The notes under the pieces were generated by a model, which was not told the DNA's origin, did no database searches, and saw only the letters and a list, made by a program, of their open reading frames with translations. This document shows positions 10,261 through 20,493 of a stretch of DNA of 64,000 nt, in pieces; positions within the stretch are counted from its first letter, which is position 1, and every line of letters starts with the position of its first letter. Origin of the DNA: Labilithrix sp. (GTDB taxonomy: Bacteria > Myxococcota_A > Polyangia > Polyangiales > Polyangiaceae). The stretch covers positions 1,448,108 through 1,512,107 of the forward strand of contig JAHCIY010000002.1 of NCBI GenBank assembly GCA_026128965.1. Direction: 5' to 3'. A program made the translations under genes and the position numbers.

Positions 10261-13116
10261 ATGCGTCGACTCGTTGCCGTCTCCGCTCTTCTCCTCCTCG
10301 CCGCCTGTGGTGGCAGTCCTCCGCCGGCTGCGCCGGTCGCTTCGCCGCCGGGCGCGAAGGCGGCGCAGGCGGCCGAGCAGAGCGATCCGCCGCTCGCGAT
10401 GGATGCGCGCGTCACGAAGGGGAAGCTCGAGAACGGGCTGACCTATTACATCCTCCCGCACAAGAAGCCCGAGGCGCGCGCGCAGGTGTGGCTCGCGGTG
10501 AACGCCGGGTCGGTGCTGGAAGACGACGACCAGCGCGGGCTCGCGCACTTCGTCGAGCACATGGCTTTCAACGGGACGAAGCGGTTCCCGAAGAGCGAGA
10601 TCGTCGACTTCCTCGAGAAGAGCGGCGTGCGGTTCGGCGCCGACCTCAACGCGTACACGAGCTTCGACGAGACCGTCTACACGCTGCAGGTCCCGACCGA
10701 CAAACCGGAGATCCTCGCGAAGGCCTTCAACGTGCTGCGCGACTGGGCCGGCGACGTGACCTTCGACCCGGTCGAGGTCGACAAGGAGCGCGGCGTCGTC
10801 CTCGAGGAGTGGCGGCTCGGCCGCGGCGCCGGGATGCGCCTCTTCGACAAGCGCGCGCCGGTCCTCTTCCACGGATCGAAGTACGCCGAGCGCATCACGA
10901 TCGGGAAGCCGGAGATCCTGAAGACCGCGTCGCGCGACACGCTCTATCGCTACTACAAAGACTGGTATCGCCCCGACAACATGGCGGTGATCGCGGTCGG
11001 CGACTTCACCGCCGCGGACATCGAGAAGCAGATCAAGGCGGAGTTCTCGAACCTGCCGCCGGCGGCGAAGAACGCGAAGCCGCGCGCGCTCGCGGAGGTG
11101 CCGGCGCACGCGCAGGACCTCTACAGCATCGAGACCGATCCCGAGATGACGGCGACGTCGATCAGCGTGATGACGAAGCTGCCGAAGCGGCCGCACAAGA
11201 GCGCGAAGGACTACCGCCGCGTCCTCACCGAGCAGCTCTACAACAGCATGCTCAACGCGCGCTTCGACGAGATCCGCCGCGCGCCGAACGCGCCGTTCTT
11301 GAGCGCGATGTCGTACGCGGGCGGGGGAGTCCGCTCGCTCGACGTCTTCAGCCAGAACGCGACGGTGAAGGAGGACGGCATCCCCGCCGGCTACGCGGCG
11401 CTCCGGGAGGAGCTCCTCCGCGTCGAGAAGCACGGCTTCGTGAAGAGCGAGCTCGAGCGCGCGAAGGCGTCGACCCTCCGCAACTTCCAGCAGCACGTGA
11501 AGGAGTACGACAAGCGCGACTCGCGCGTCTTCTCCGCCGAGATCGTCCGCAACTTCCTCACCGAAGAGGCGATGCCGGGCCCCGAGAAGGAGCTCGCGCT
11601 CGCGGAGGAGATGCTCCCCACCATCACGCTCGAGGAGCTGAACGTCCTCGGGAAGACGCTCGGGAAGGGGAGCCACGTGCTCGCGGTCGCGGGCGGGCCC
11701 AAGATGGTGAAGCCGACGCCGGAGACGTTCTCCGCGCTCGACAAGGAGCTCGCGGCGAAGGACGTGAAGCCGTACGACGACGGCGGCGAGGGCGTGCCGC
11801 TCATGGCGAAGGCGCCGGCGCCGGGGAAGGTCACCGCGACGAAGTCGATCGCCGAGATCGGCGTCACGGAGTGGACGCTGTCGAACGGCGTGCGGGTCGT
11901 CGTGAAGCCGACGACCTTCGCCAACGACGAGGTGAAGCTCTCCGCGTTCTCGCCGGGCGGCACCTCCCTCGTGAAGGACGCCGACTTCGACACCGCGCGC
12001 GCCGCCGACACGATCGTGAGCCAGGGCGGCATCGGGCCCGTCGACGCGGTCCAGCTCCGGAAGTCGCTCGCGGGGAAGATCGCGTCCCTCAATCCGCGCA
12101 TCAACGAGCTCGAGGAGGGCTTGACCGGCAACGCGTCGCCGAACGACCTCGAGACGCTGATGCAGATGGTGCACCTCACCTTCACCGCCCCGCGCAAGGA
12201 CGAGAGCGCGTTCGCGAGCTGGCGCGCGCGTGAGACCGAGCGCGTGAAGAACCGCCGCCTCTCGCCCGAGAGCACGTTCCTGGAGGACATGTCGCTCTTC
12301 TCGACGCAGAACCACCTCCGCCGTCAGCCGACGACGCCGGAGAGCCTGCTGAAGGTCGACCTCGACAAGGCGCTCGCGATCTACAAGGACCGCTTCGGCG
12401 ACGCCGGCGACTTCACGTTCCTCTTCGTCGGGAACGTCGAGCTCGAGAAGCTGAAGCCGCTCGTGGAGACCTACCTTGGAAGCCTGCCGTCGAGCGGACG
12501 CAAGGAGACGTGGAAGGACCCCAAGGTCGCGCGCCCGTCCGGCGTCGCGAAGAAGGTCATCACCAAGGGGAGCGAGCCGAAGAGCAGGGTGATGCTCACG
12601 TTCCACGGCAACGAGAAGTTCACGCGCGACACCGAGAACGACATGAAGATGCTCGGCGAGGCGCTGCGGATCCGCCTCCGCGAGGTCCTGCGCGAGGACA
12701 TGGGCGGCGTCTACGGCGTCGGCGCGAACGGCGGCATCGCGCGCCGGCCGCGCGCGGAGTACTCGTTCAACGTCAGCTTCGGCTGTTCGCCCGAAAACGT
12801 CGATAAGCTCGAAAAAGCCGTGTTCGACGAGATCCAGTCGGTCCAGGCCCAGGGCGTCAGCGACCTCTACGTCACGAAGATCAAGGAGATGCGCAAGCGC
12901 GCGCACGAGACCGACCTGAAGGAGAACTCCTTCTGGCTCCGCGAGCTCGAGCGCGCGTACGTCTACGGCGACGATCCGAAGCAGATCCAGGACATCTCCG
13001 CGATGACGGAGAAGGTCACGTCCGATCGGATCAAGGCGGCGGCGAAGAAGTACCTCTCGAAGACGCAGTACATCCTCGGCGAGCTGAAGCCGGAGACGAC
13101 GGCCGCCGCGAAGTAG
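10261..13116 (+). CDS. M16-family (pitrilysin/insulinase-like) zinc metallopeptidase, lipoprotein
   Basis: ATG at 10261. Signal peptide with lipobox LLLAAC. Inverted zinc-binding motif HFVEHMAFNGT (HxxEH) plus downstream E in the first half; a second, inactive-like M16 half follows. 951 aa. Confidence 0.9.
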   Translation: MRRLVAVSALLLLAACGGSPPPAAPVASPPGAKAAQAAEQSDPPLAMDARVTKGKLENGLTYYILPHKKPEARAQVWLAVNAGSVLEDDDQRGLAHFVEHMAFNGTKRFPKSEIVDFLEKSGVRFGADLNAYTSFDETVYTLQVPTDKPEILAKAFNVLRDWAGDVTFDPVEVDKERGVVLEEWRLGRGAGMRLFDKRAPVLFHGSKYAERITIGKPEILKTASRDTLYRYYKDWYRPDNMAVIAVGDFTAADIEKQIKAEFSNLPPAAKNAKPRALAEVPAHAQDLYSIETDPEMTATSISVMTKLPKRPHKSAKDYRRVLTEQLYNSMLNARFDEIRRAPNAPFLSAMSYAGGGVRSLDVFSQNATVKEDGIPAGYAALREELLRVEKHGFVKSELERAKASTLRNFQQHVKEYDKRDSRVFSAEIVRNFLTEEAMPGPEKELALAEEMLPTITLEELNVLGKTLGKGSHVLAVAGGPKMVKPTPETFSALDKELAAKDVKPYDDGGEGVPLMAKAPAPGKVTATKSIAEIGVTEWTLSNGVRVVVKPTTFANDEVKLSAFSPGGTSLVKDADFDTARAADTIVSQGGIGPVDAVQLRKSLAGKIASLNPRINELEEGLTGNASPNDLETLMQMVHLTFTAPRKDESAFASWRARETERVKNRRLSPESTFLEDMSLFSTQNHLRRQPTTPESLLKVDLDKALAIYKDRFGDAGDFTFLFVGNVELEKLKPLVETYLGSLPSSGRKETWKDPKVARPSGVAKKVITKGSEPKSRVMLTFHGNEKFTRDTENDMKMLGEALRIRLREVLREDMGGVYGVGANGGIARRPRAEYSFNVSFGCSPENVDKLEKAVFDEIQSVQAQGVSDLYVTKIKEMRKRAHETDLKENSFWLRELERAYVYGDDPKQIQDISAMTEKVTSDRIKAAAKKYLSKTQYILGELKPETTAAAK

Positions 13117-13152
13117 TCGCCGACCGTCGATCTTCCGCTAGAACGGGCCCGC

Positions 13153-14439
13153 GTGCGTGCCTTCGCCTTCGCGGTTCTCGTGTTCGGCGCCGCCCTCGGC
13201 GCGTGCCGCGTCGAAGAGGTCGCGACGGGATCGCCGCGGAGCGTCGCGGGCACGGGCGCGATCCCGCTCGCGACCGCGCGATCGTACCTCGACGAATACG
13301 CCGGGCTCGCCGCGGCCGACGGCGGCAAGCTCTGGGGCCGCTCGCTCGCGGGTCCGTTCCTCTTCGTCGATCCCGGCACGCGGCAGGTCGTCGCGAACGA
13401 GCGCGACGCGCAGGGCAAGCTCGCCGCGCGTGACGGCGTGTTCGTCGGGCGCCTCGGCGACGACGACATGATCGCGAACACCTCCGTCGAGTGGAGCGGG
13501 ACGCGGTGGACGATGGTGATGTGGGACGACGACTTCGCCGAAGACGCCGCGCGTCGGCGCCGCCTCATGTTGCACGAGGCCTTTCACCGCGTGCAGCCGG
13601 CGCTCGGGCTCGTCGCGGCGGGGGAGCCGAACGAGCACCTCGACACCCGCGACGGACGCTACTGGCTGCAGCTCGAATGGAACGCGCTCGAGACCGCGAT
13701 CGCGTCGCCGCCCGTCGCCGCCGCCGCGATCGCGGACGCGCTCGCCTTCCGCGCCGCGCGTCGCCGCGCGTTCCCGGAGGCGGCGGCGCGCGAGAACGCG
13801 CTCGAGATCCACGAAGGGCTCGCGGAGTACACCGGCGCGCGCGCGAGCGGGACGAGCGAGGCCGACGCCGTCGCGGCGGTGCGCGCGCGGCGCCAGGCGA
13901 CCTCGGGCTTCGTCCGCAGCTTCGCGTACGTGAGCGGCCCGCTCTATGGATACCTGCTCGATCGCACCGGCGACGACTGGCGCCGCGGCCTCGGGAAGGA
14001 CTCCGATCTCGGGGCCCTCCTCGCGCGTCGCGCGCGCGTCGACGTCCCCGCGTCCGGCGACGCGGAGCGCTGGGGCGGCATCGCGCTCGGCACCGCCGAG
14101 GACACGCGCGAGGCCGAGCGCCAGGTGCGGCTCCGTGCGTGGCGGGTCGCGCTCGTGGAGGGCCCGGTCCTCGCGATCGACCTCACCACCGTGACCTCGG
14201 GGAGCTTCGATCCGCGGAAGGTGCACGCCTTCGCGTCGAACCAGGTCGTCTACACGAGCCGCACGCTCGTCGCGCCGTGGGGCAAGCTGACGATGGAGGA
14301 CGGCGCGATGCTCGAGGACCGCGCGAGCGCCCGCGCGTTCGTGTCGCTCTCGCGTCGCGACTGGACGCTCCGCCTCGAGCCGGGATGGACGCTCGCGCCG
14401 GGCGAGCGCAGCGGCGATCGACGAATCGTCCGGCGTTGA
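13153..14439 (+). CDS. Secreted/lipoprotein hypothetical protein with HExxH motif (possible metalloprotease)
   Basis: N-terminal signal peptide MRAFAFAVLVFGAALGAC. MLHEAFHRVQP contains HEAFH. No other recognisable family. Confidence 0.55.
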   Translation: MRAFAFAVLVFGAALGACRVEEVATGSPRSVAGTGAIPLATARSYLDEYAGLAAADGGKLWGRSLAGPFLFVDPGTRQVVANERDAQGKLAARDGVFVGRLGDDDMIANTSVEWSGTRWTMVMWDDDFAEDAARRRRLMLHEAFHRVQPALGLVAAGEPNEHLDTRDGRYWLQLEWNALETAIASPPVAAAAIADALAFRAARRRAFPEAAARENALEIHEGLAEYTGARASGTSEADAVAAVRARRQATSGFVRSFAYVSGPLYGYLLDRTGDDWRRGLGKDSDLGALLARRARVDVPASGDAERWGGIALGTAEDTREAERQVRLRAWRVALVEGPVLAIDLTTVTSGSFDPRKVHAFASNQVVYTSRTLVAPWGKLTMEDGAMLEDRASARAFVSLSRRDWTLRLEPGWTLAPGERSGDRRIVRR

Positions 14440-14467
14440 TCCCGGCGCGGCTCTCCGGCGCTCGCGA

Positions 14468-16435
14468 TCAGCGGACCGTCGGCGGGAGGCGGCGGCGCGG
14501 CGGCTCCTCGCGGCCGGGTGTGGGGGTGGGGACCGGCGCGGGCGCGGGCGTGGGGGCTGGCGCGGACTCGAGCTGCGCGACGCGGGCGCGGAGCTTGTCG
14601 CGCTCGTCTTCGACGCGCTTGATGTCGCGGCGGTAGCTCTCGTCGGTCTGCTTCATCGCCGTCGCGTGGTCGGCGTTGAGGCGCGCGATCTCCTTCGCGT
14701 GCTCGCCCTCGATGCGCTGCTTCTCCTTCGCGTGCTCGTCGCGGAGCTGCTGGATCGACTGCGCCTGCTCGGTGTGGAGCTTCGTCGTCTCCTGCTGGTG
14801 CTTCAGCTTCTGCTCGTTGAGCGCCATCTCCCGCTCGAACCGGAGCTGCGCGACCTCGGTCTCGTGCTGCGCGACGAGCTCCTTGCCGTGCTCCTTCTCC
14901 GCCTGGAGGCTCGCCTCCTTCGCGCGGAGGAGGAGCTTCTGGCGCTCCGCCTCCGAGCCCGCCGTCTCGGCCTTCTTCCGCAGGCTGTCGGCGAGCGACT
15001 GCGCGCTCTCTGCCGCCGCTTGCGCCTGCTGGCGCGCGGTCTCCTGGTTCTCGACGATCCGCTTCTGGAGGTCCGTGATCTCCTGCTGCTTGCGCGTCGT
15101 CTCCGCTTCGAGCGCGGCGAGGCGGCGGTCGCCGTCGTCGAGCTCGGCGTCGAGCGCGCGGAGGCGCCAGGTCGACAGCCCGATCGTGAGCGCGAGGAAG
15201 AGCATCGACGCGACGACGGACGCGACGAGGCCGGGGTGGCGGCGGCCGGCGAGGTAGAGCGCGCCGAAGAGGCCGCGTTCTCCGGGGAAGGGGCGATCGT
15301 CGAGGAAGGCGCGGAGCGCCGCCGCCATGTCCTTCGCCGTCGCGAAGCGCTTCGTCGGATCGGTGTCGAGCGCGCGCCGCACGATCGCGCGGAGGCGACG
15401 CGGGACGCGCCGGCGCGCGAGCGCGTCGAACGGGACCTGGTTCGCGGCCGCCTTCGCGACGACGGTCATGACGTCCGCGTCCGGCCCCGCGTCGTGCGGC
15501 GCGTGCCCGGCGAGGAGCTCGAAGAGCACGGCGCCGAGGCCGTACACGTCGATGCCCTGGAGCAGCGCGCGATGCTGCGGGTTGCCGTCGGGATCGAGGC
15601 GCGGCACGCCGCGGGCTTGCTCCGGCGCCATGTACTCCGGCGTTCCGGCGAGGAAGCGACCGGCCGACATGTCGACCGCGACGGTGCGCGCCTTCGCGGG
15701 TCCGGCCTCGTCCGGCCGTGAGATCTCGTACGCCGCGAGCCCGAAGTCGGCGACCTGCGCGCGGCGAGCGGCGTGCGAGACGAGGACGTTGGCCGGCTTG
15801 AGGTCGCGATGGAAGACGTTGCGCGTGTGCGCGGAGTGGACGCCGAGCGCGGCTTCCATCACCCAGCGCGCGGCCTCCCGCACCTCGGCGTGGGTCGGCC
15901 TCGCGCGCGGCACGAGCGCGCCGAGCTCGGTCGCGAAGTGCTCCGCGCCGTCGTCGCCGAACTCGGCGCAGAGCTCCATGTCGATCGCGACGATCCCGAG
16001 CTTCGCGTCGACGCACGCGTTGTGGATGCGGACGACGTGGTCGCTCCGGATCCAGCTCGACGCTTGCGCCTCGGAGCTGACCTCGTTCGCCTTCCGGCCG
16101 TGGACGTCGTCGACGAAGAAGACCTTGAGCGCGACGTCGCGCCGGAGCTGTCGATCGTGGACGCGCCACACCACCGCCGTCGCGCCGGACCCGATCTCGC
16201 GCTCGAGCACGTAGCGATCGGCGACGACGACGCCCGGCGCGAGCACCGACGAGACCGTCTGCGCGGCGGGCCCTTGCGCGATCGTGGCGCCGAGCGGCGC
16301 GGCCGCGATCGTCGCCGGCGGCGCGGGCGTCAGCGCCTGTGCGGCGTACGGCGCGACGGGCGGCGCGGGCGAGGTCTGCTCGTGCGAGTCCGTCACCGTC
16401 TGCGCGACGCCGGACCGCCGCATCGTTCCGCCCAT
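14468..16435 (-). CDS. Membrane-anchored Ser/Thr protein kinase with C-terminal coiled-coil and Pro-rich tail
   Basis: Hanks kinase motifs: VALKVF (VAIK-like), HRDLKPANVLV catalytic loop, DFGLA, APE (YMAPEQ). One TM segment (LVASVVASMLFLALTIGL) is followed by a long heptad/charged region and a PAPTPAPAPVPTPTP tail. Exact start uncertain. Confidence 0.9.
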   Translation of the reverse strand: MGGTMRRSGVAQTVTDSHEQTSPAPPVAPYAAQALTPAPPATIAAAPLGATIAQGPAAQTVSSVLAPGVVVADRYVLEREIGSGATAVVWRVHDRQLRRDVALKVFFVDDVHGRKANEVSSEAQASSWIRSDHVVRIHNACVDAKLGIVAIDMELCAEFGDDGAEHFATELGALVPRARPTHAEVREAARWVMEAALGVHSAHTRNVFHRDLKPANVLVSHAARRAQVADFGLAAYEISRPDEAGPAKARTVAVDMSAGRFLAGTPEYMAPEQARGVPRLDPDGNPQHRALLQGIDVYGLGAVLFELLAGHAPHDAGPDADVMTVVAKAAANQVPFDALARRRVPRRLRAIVRRALDTDPTKRFATAKDMAAALRAFLDDRPFPGERGLFGALYLAGRRHPGLVASVVASMLFLALTIGLSTWRLRALDAELDDGDRRLAALEAETTRKQQEITDLQKRIVENQETARQQAQAAAESAQSLADSLRKKAETAGSEAERQKLLLRAKEASLQAEKEHGKELVAQHETEVAQLRFEREMALNEQKLKHQQETTKLHTEQAQSIQQLRDEHAKEKQRIEGEHAKEIARLNADHATAMKQTDESYRRDIKRVEDERDKLRARVAQLESAPAPTPAPAPVPTPTPGREEPPRRRLPPTVR

Positions 16436-16532
16436 GGTCTTCCATCATACGAAGACCGCGGCGCGGCGTTGCCTCGCTTTGCATGAGTTTACGAACGTTG
16501 CAGAGTGCACTCGTGTGCGACAGCGCCCGAGA

Positions 16533-17555
16533 TCAGAGCCCGTCCTTGCGGATGCGCGCCACGACGTCGCGGAAGAACGCGACCTGATCGAAGCCGCCCT
16601 GGCCGATGACGAACGCGTTGTGATCGGCCGGCACGCAGCGCTGGAACTTCCCCCACTTCGCGTTCTCGACCGTCACGAGGCCGTCGTTCGCCTTGCCCTG
16701 GCCGTCTTCGAGGATCTTCACCGTCGCGAGGAGGTTGGGGCTCACGCGCCGCACGTCGTTCGGATCGTTCGGCTGCTCGCCGTCGTCGCAGACGCCGGCG
16801 CCGGTCTGCTTGTTCGTGCGCCCCGCCCAGCTGAAGTACTTCACGCCGGGATCGTCGGTGTACTTCGGGTTGAACACGTCGCGCATGTGCGGGGTGGAGA
16901 GCTCGGTCACCTGCGCGCGGAGCGCGGGATCGTCGTCGAGATCGGACATCCGCTTCTGCGCGATGCCGAGGAGCACGTCGCTGCCCTTGTCGATGACGCC
17001 GTCCGGCACGCGGGCGGTGATGCCGAGCGCGAAGTCGGCGACGCCGCTCCCGAGGTGCGGCGTCGCGACGGTGGAGATGGAGGCGATCTTCTTTCCGAGG
17101 CCGAGGCCGCCCGGGCTCGCGATGACGCGCGCGTCGAGGCCGCCCTGCGAGTGGCCGATCAGGTTCACCTTCTTCGCGCCGGTGTTCTTCATGATCGTCT
17201 CGAGTTGCTCGACGATCATCTTCGCGCGCTGCTCGCTCGTGTCGTACGGCTGCGAGAGGGTCTGGAAGACCTGGTTGCCGTTCTTGGTGAGGTCCTCGGG
17301 CACGCCCTGGAACATCTTCACCTTGATGAGCCCCTCGGTCTCGACGAACCCACCCATCCCGTGGAGGAGGACGATCGGGAAGGGCCCCTTCGGCTCCTCC
17401 TCCGCCGGCGCGGCGGGATCGTTCGCCGCCGCCGCGGCCTCTTCCGCGTCGTCGCTCCCTTCGACGAGGACACGGGCGGGAGGGCCATCGCCTGCTCCAT
17501 CGCAGGCGGCGAGGGAACCGACGAGGAACGCGAGGAGGAGGACCGGACGGACCAT
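16533..17555 (-). CDS. Secreted lipase/esterase of the alpha/beta-hydrolase fold (triacylglycerol-lipase-like), lipoprotein
   Basis: ATG at 17555. Signal peptide plus lipobox LAAC. LLHGMGGF oxyanion region, nucleophile elbow GHSQGG (GxSxG), downstream D/H candidates. Confidence 0.8.
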   Translation of the reverse strand: MVRPVLLLAFLVGSLAACDGAGDGPPARVLVEGSDDAEEAAAAANDPAAPAEEEPKGPFPIVLLHGMGGFVETEGLIKVKMFQGVPEDLTKNGNQVFQTLSQPYDTSEQRAKMIVEQLETIMKNTGAKKVNLIGHSQGGLDARVIASPGGLGLGKKIASISTVATPHLGSGVADFALGITARVPDGVIDKGSDVLLGIAQKRMSDLDDDPALRAQVTELSTPHMRDVFNPKYTDDPGVKYFSWAGRTNKQTGAGVCDDGEQPNDPNDVRRVSPNLLATVKILEDGQGKANDGLVTVENAKWGKFQRCVPADHNAFVIGQGGFDQVAFFRDVVARIRKDGL

Positions 17556-17874
17556 GCGTCCCCTCCAAGCGAAGAGGATGCCGACCCGATCTTCGATGAT
17601 TCCGCACTTTTACGCCCCTTCCCCCGTCACTCCACCGTTACAGTCCCCCACGCCCGATCCATCGGGTAGCATGTAAACATCTGTGTTTTATTGCTAAGAC
17701 CGCGGCGCCGCAGGCAGCTCGCGAAGCGGCCACGCCAACGGTTGCGAGCGCGAACCGGACCGCGCCCCAGGGGCCCCAGAGCCGGCCGCGCCCGCGGTTG
17801 CGAGCGCGCCCCGGGGCCCCAGAAGCGGCCGCTCCAGCGGTTGCGAAGCAACCCTCGCGCTCCGCGCGAGGGCC

Positions 17875-17970
17875 GTGTCTGGGGTGGGGGTGTCGGGGGC
17901 GAAGCCCCCGACGTTGAAAGAGTGTCTGGGGTGGGGGTGTCGGGGGCGAAGCCCCCGACGTTGAAAGCCT
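17875..17970 (-). terminator. Two tandem GC-rich UUCG-tetraloop hairpins immediately after the receiver-gene stop (candidate factor-independent terminator / RNA-stability element)
   Basis: Two ~48-bp direct copies. On the minus-strand RNA each reads GUCGGGGGC-UUCG-GCCCCCGAC followed by ACCCCCACCCC (C-rich, no U-tract). They lie directly after the stop of the 17969..18370 gene. Confidence 0.4.
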
Positions 17971-18370
17971 AGCGAAGCGCTTTGGGAGCACGCCGTGGCG
18001 TGGCGACGAGCGTGCGGATGCGGGCGGCGAGGTCGGAGCCGGTGACGCTCTTCGAGATGTAGCCGTCGGCTTCGACCTCCTTCGCGAGGTTCCTGAGGAT
18101 CGTCTCGTCCGAGGAGCTGTGGAGGACGAAGCGCGTCATCGGGGGCGCGCTCTTCCGCGCGATGAAGAGGATGCGATCGCCGGAGAGGGCAGGGATGTCG
18201 ACGTCCATCAGGACGACGTGCGGCACGAACGAGCGGACGATGTTCGTGACGCCGATCGGGCTCTCGCAGGTCATCACGTCGAACCCCTCGCCCTTGAGGG
18301 TGCGTTCGAGGAGCTCGAGCTGCATGGCGTCGTCGTCGACGACGAGGACGCGGAGGGAGTCTTCAGCCAT
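17969..18370 (-). CDS. Single-domain response regulator (CheY-like receiver)
   Basis: LRVLVVDDD...VLMDVDIP...KS receiver signature. Overlaps the upstream hybrid kinase by 8 nt (operon). Confidence 0.85.
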   Translation of the reverse strand: MAEDSLRVLVVDDDAMQLELLERTLKGEGFDVMTCESPIGVTNIVRSFVPHVVLMDVDIPALSGDRILFIARKSAPPMTRFVLHSSSDETILRNLAKEVEADGYISKSVTGSDLAARIRTLVATPRRAPKALR

Positions 18371-20480
18371 GGGAATCCTTCGCCCCCTTCGAGTCGCCGA
18401 TCGCCTGTCGGAGCGCGGCGAGGAGGAGCTCCCGCTCGACCGGCTTCGTGAGGTACTCGACGCAGCCCGCGCGCCGCGCGCGGTCGCGGTCTTCCTTCGA
18501 GACGTGCGCCGTCAGCGCGATCACGGGGACGTGCTCGATCTGCGGCGTCGCCTTGATCTTGGCGGTCGTCTCGCAGCCGTCCATGCGCGGCAGCGACAGG
18601 TCCATCAAGATGACGTCGGGCATCTCGCGCTTGGCGCGCTCGTAGCCGTGCTCGCCGTCTTCGGCCTCGAGCACCTCGTAGTCGCCTTGGAGGTAGCGCC
18701 GCACGATGTCGCGGTTCTGCGGCGAGTCCTCGACGTACAGGACGCGCGGCAGCTTCCGCGCGTTCTTGTGCGACTCGCGGAGGAGGAGCTTCGCTTGCGT
18801 GACGACCGAGTCCATCGCGAGCCCTCCTTTCCGGATGACGTGCGCGAGGCCGGCGCGGAGGCTCGCCTCGTCGTTCGCGTCGAGCGTCCGCCCGGTGAGG
18901 ACGATGACGGGCACCGACGATCCTTCGTTCCGCAGGTGGGCGAGGACCTCGAAGCCGTCCATCCGCGGCATCGTCAGGTCGAGGACGAGCAGCGCCGGGC
19001 TCATCACGCGTGTCTTCAGGAGCGCGTCTTCTCCGTCGCGCGCCTCCTGACAGCTGAAGCCGGCCGCGCGGAGGTTGCGGACCACGAGCTCGCGCGCGTG
19101 CGCTTCGTCGTCGACGACGAGGACGGTGCCGCCCGTGTCGCGGATGTTCCGCTTCACGACGTCGACGAGGCGCTCGGGATCGAACGGCTTCACGAGGAAG
19201 TCGCACGCGCCGAACGAGAAGCCGCGTCCGCGCGCCTCTTCGACGGAGATGATGAGGACCGGGATGTGGCTCGTCGCGGGGTCGTTCTTCATCTCCGAGA
19301 GCGCGGACCAGCCGTCGAGGCGCGGGAGATGGATGTCGAGGACGACGGCGGCGGGGCGATGCCGGCGCACGGCCTGGAGCCCGGCGACGCCGTCGGCCTC
19401 GGACATGACGCGGAAGCCCTCTTTTTCGAGCTCGCCCTCGAGCAGCGCGACGATCATCGGGTCGTCGTCGATGATGATGATGAGCGGCGCCTCGCCCGCG
19501 GGCGCGCTGTGGCCGCGGGCCTCGGCGCGGTGGACGACCGGCGTCCCGAGGCCCTCCGCGTCGAAGGCGTTCGGCAGCACGACGGTGAACTTCGAGCCGC
19601 GGCCGAGCGTGCTCACCACGTCGACGCGGCCGCCGAGGATGCGGCTCACCTCGCGGACGATCGCGAGGCCGAGGCCGGTGCCGCCGATCTTGCGCGTGGA
19701 GGTGCCGTCGACCTGGCGGAACTTCTCGAAGATGTGATCGAGCTGGTTCGGCGGGATGCCGGCGCCGGTGTCCTCGACCGCGAGGACGAGCGTGCTGCCC
19801 TGCGCGGTCGCCTCGACGATGATCTCGCCCGAGTCCGTGAACTTCGCCGCGTTCGAGAGCAGGTTGAGGAGGACCTGCCGGATCTTGAGCGAGTCGGTGA
19901 AGATCGTCCGCGCGGCGGGGTCGATGTTGCAGCCGACGGTGACGTCCTTGCCCTTCAGGAGCTCGCGCACCGTCGCGACGCACTCGTCCGCGACGGCGGC
20001 GAGATCGACCTCCTCGCGCACGATGTCGACGCGCCCGGCCTCGATCTTCGACAGGTCGAGGATGTCGTTGATGAGGGCGAGGAGCGTCTTCGCGTTCGAC
20101 TTGATGACGTTCAGATCGCGGCGGCCGTGCGGGGTGAGGCGCGCGCCCTCTTCGCGGAGGACGAGGTCGCAGTAGCCGAGGATGCCGTTCAGCGGCGTGC
20201 GGATCTCGTGCGAGAAGTTGGCGAGGAACTCGCTCTTCAGGCGCGCCGCCTCTTCGAGCTGTCGCGCGCGCTCCTCTTCGACGCGCTTCGAGCGCGCGAG
20301 GTCGTTCGCGAGGCGATCGAGGTCCTCGTTCTGCTGGCGGATGACCTCCATCTGGAGGGCGCGCTGCTGGTAGCTCGCGATGGCGCGGGCGGCGAGCGAC
20401 TTCTGGGCTGCCGCTTCCTGCTTCAGCCGCGCGTTCTCGGCTTCGAGCTGCGCGACCCGTTCTTCGAGGCTGAGGCTCAT
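18363..20480 (-). CDS. Hybrid sensor histidine kinase with N-terminal coiled-coil, HisKA-HATPase core and three receiver domains
   Basis: ATG at 20480 with AGGGA 8 nt upstream. H-box FLANFSHEIRTPLNGILGY, N/G-boxes (LLSNAAKFT, DTGAGIP, GTGLGLAI), then three D-containing REC domains (IIIIDDD.., VLVVDDE.., VLYVEDS..). Confidence 0.9.
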   Translation of the reverse strand: MSLSLEERVAQLEAENARLKQEAAAQKSLAARAIASYQQRALQMEVIRQQNEDLDRLANDLARSKRVEEERARQLEEAARLKSEFLANFSHEIRTPLNGILGYCDLVLREEGARLTPHGRRDLNVIKSNAKTLLALINDILDLSKIEAGRVDIVREEVDLAAVADECVATVRELLKGKDVTVGCNIDPAARTIFTDSLKIRQVLLNLLSNAAKFTDSGEIIVEATAQGSTLVLAVEDTGAGIPPNQLDHIFEKFRQVDGTSTRKIGGTGLGLAIVREVSRILGGRVDVVSTLGRGSKFTVVLPNAFDAEGLGTPVVHRAEARGHSAPAGEAPLIIIIDDDPMIVALLEGELEKEGFRVMSEADGVAGLQAVRRHRPAAVVLDIHLPRLDGWSALSEMKNDPATSHIPVLIISVEEARGRGFSFGACDFLVKPFDPERLVDVVKRNIRDTGGTVLVVDDEAHARELVVRNLRAAGFSCQEARDGEDALLKTRVMSPALLVLDLTMPRMDGFEVLAHLRNEGSSVPVIVLTGRTLDANDEASLRAGLAHVIRKGGLAMDSVVTQAKLLLRESHKNARKLPRVLYVEDSPQNRDIVRRYLQGDYEVLEAEDGEHGYERAKREMPDVILMDLSLPRMDGCETTAKIKATPQIEHVPVIALTAHVSKEDRDRARRAGCVEYLTKPVERELLLAALRQAIGDSKGAKDSHG

Positions 20481-20493
20481 GGCTCGTCCCTGT

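Noticed and set aside
9621-12906. ORFs 9621..12233 + and 10141..12906 - overlapping the M16 peptidase
   Set aside because: Arg/Gly/Asp-rich shadow frames with no motifs. The peptidase frame carries HxxEH and a lipoprotein signal
13491-16486. ORFs 13491..14636 +, 14250..16484 -, 14666..15721 + and 15773..16486 + overlapping the HExxH protein and Ser/Thr kinase
   Set aside because: Alternative-frame artefacts. Only the kinase frame shows Hanks motifs
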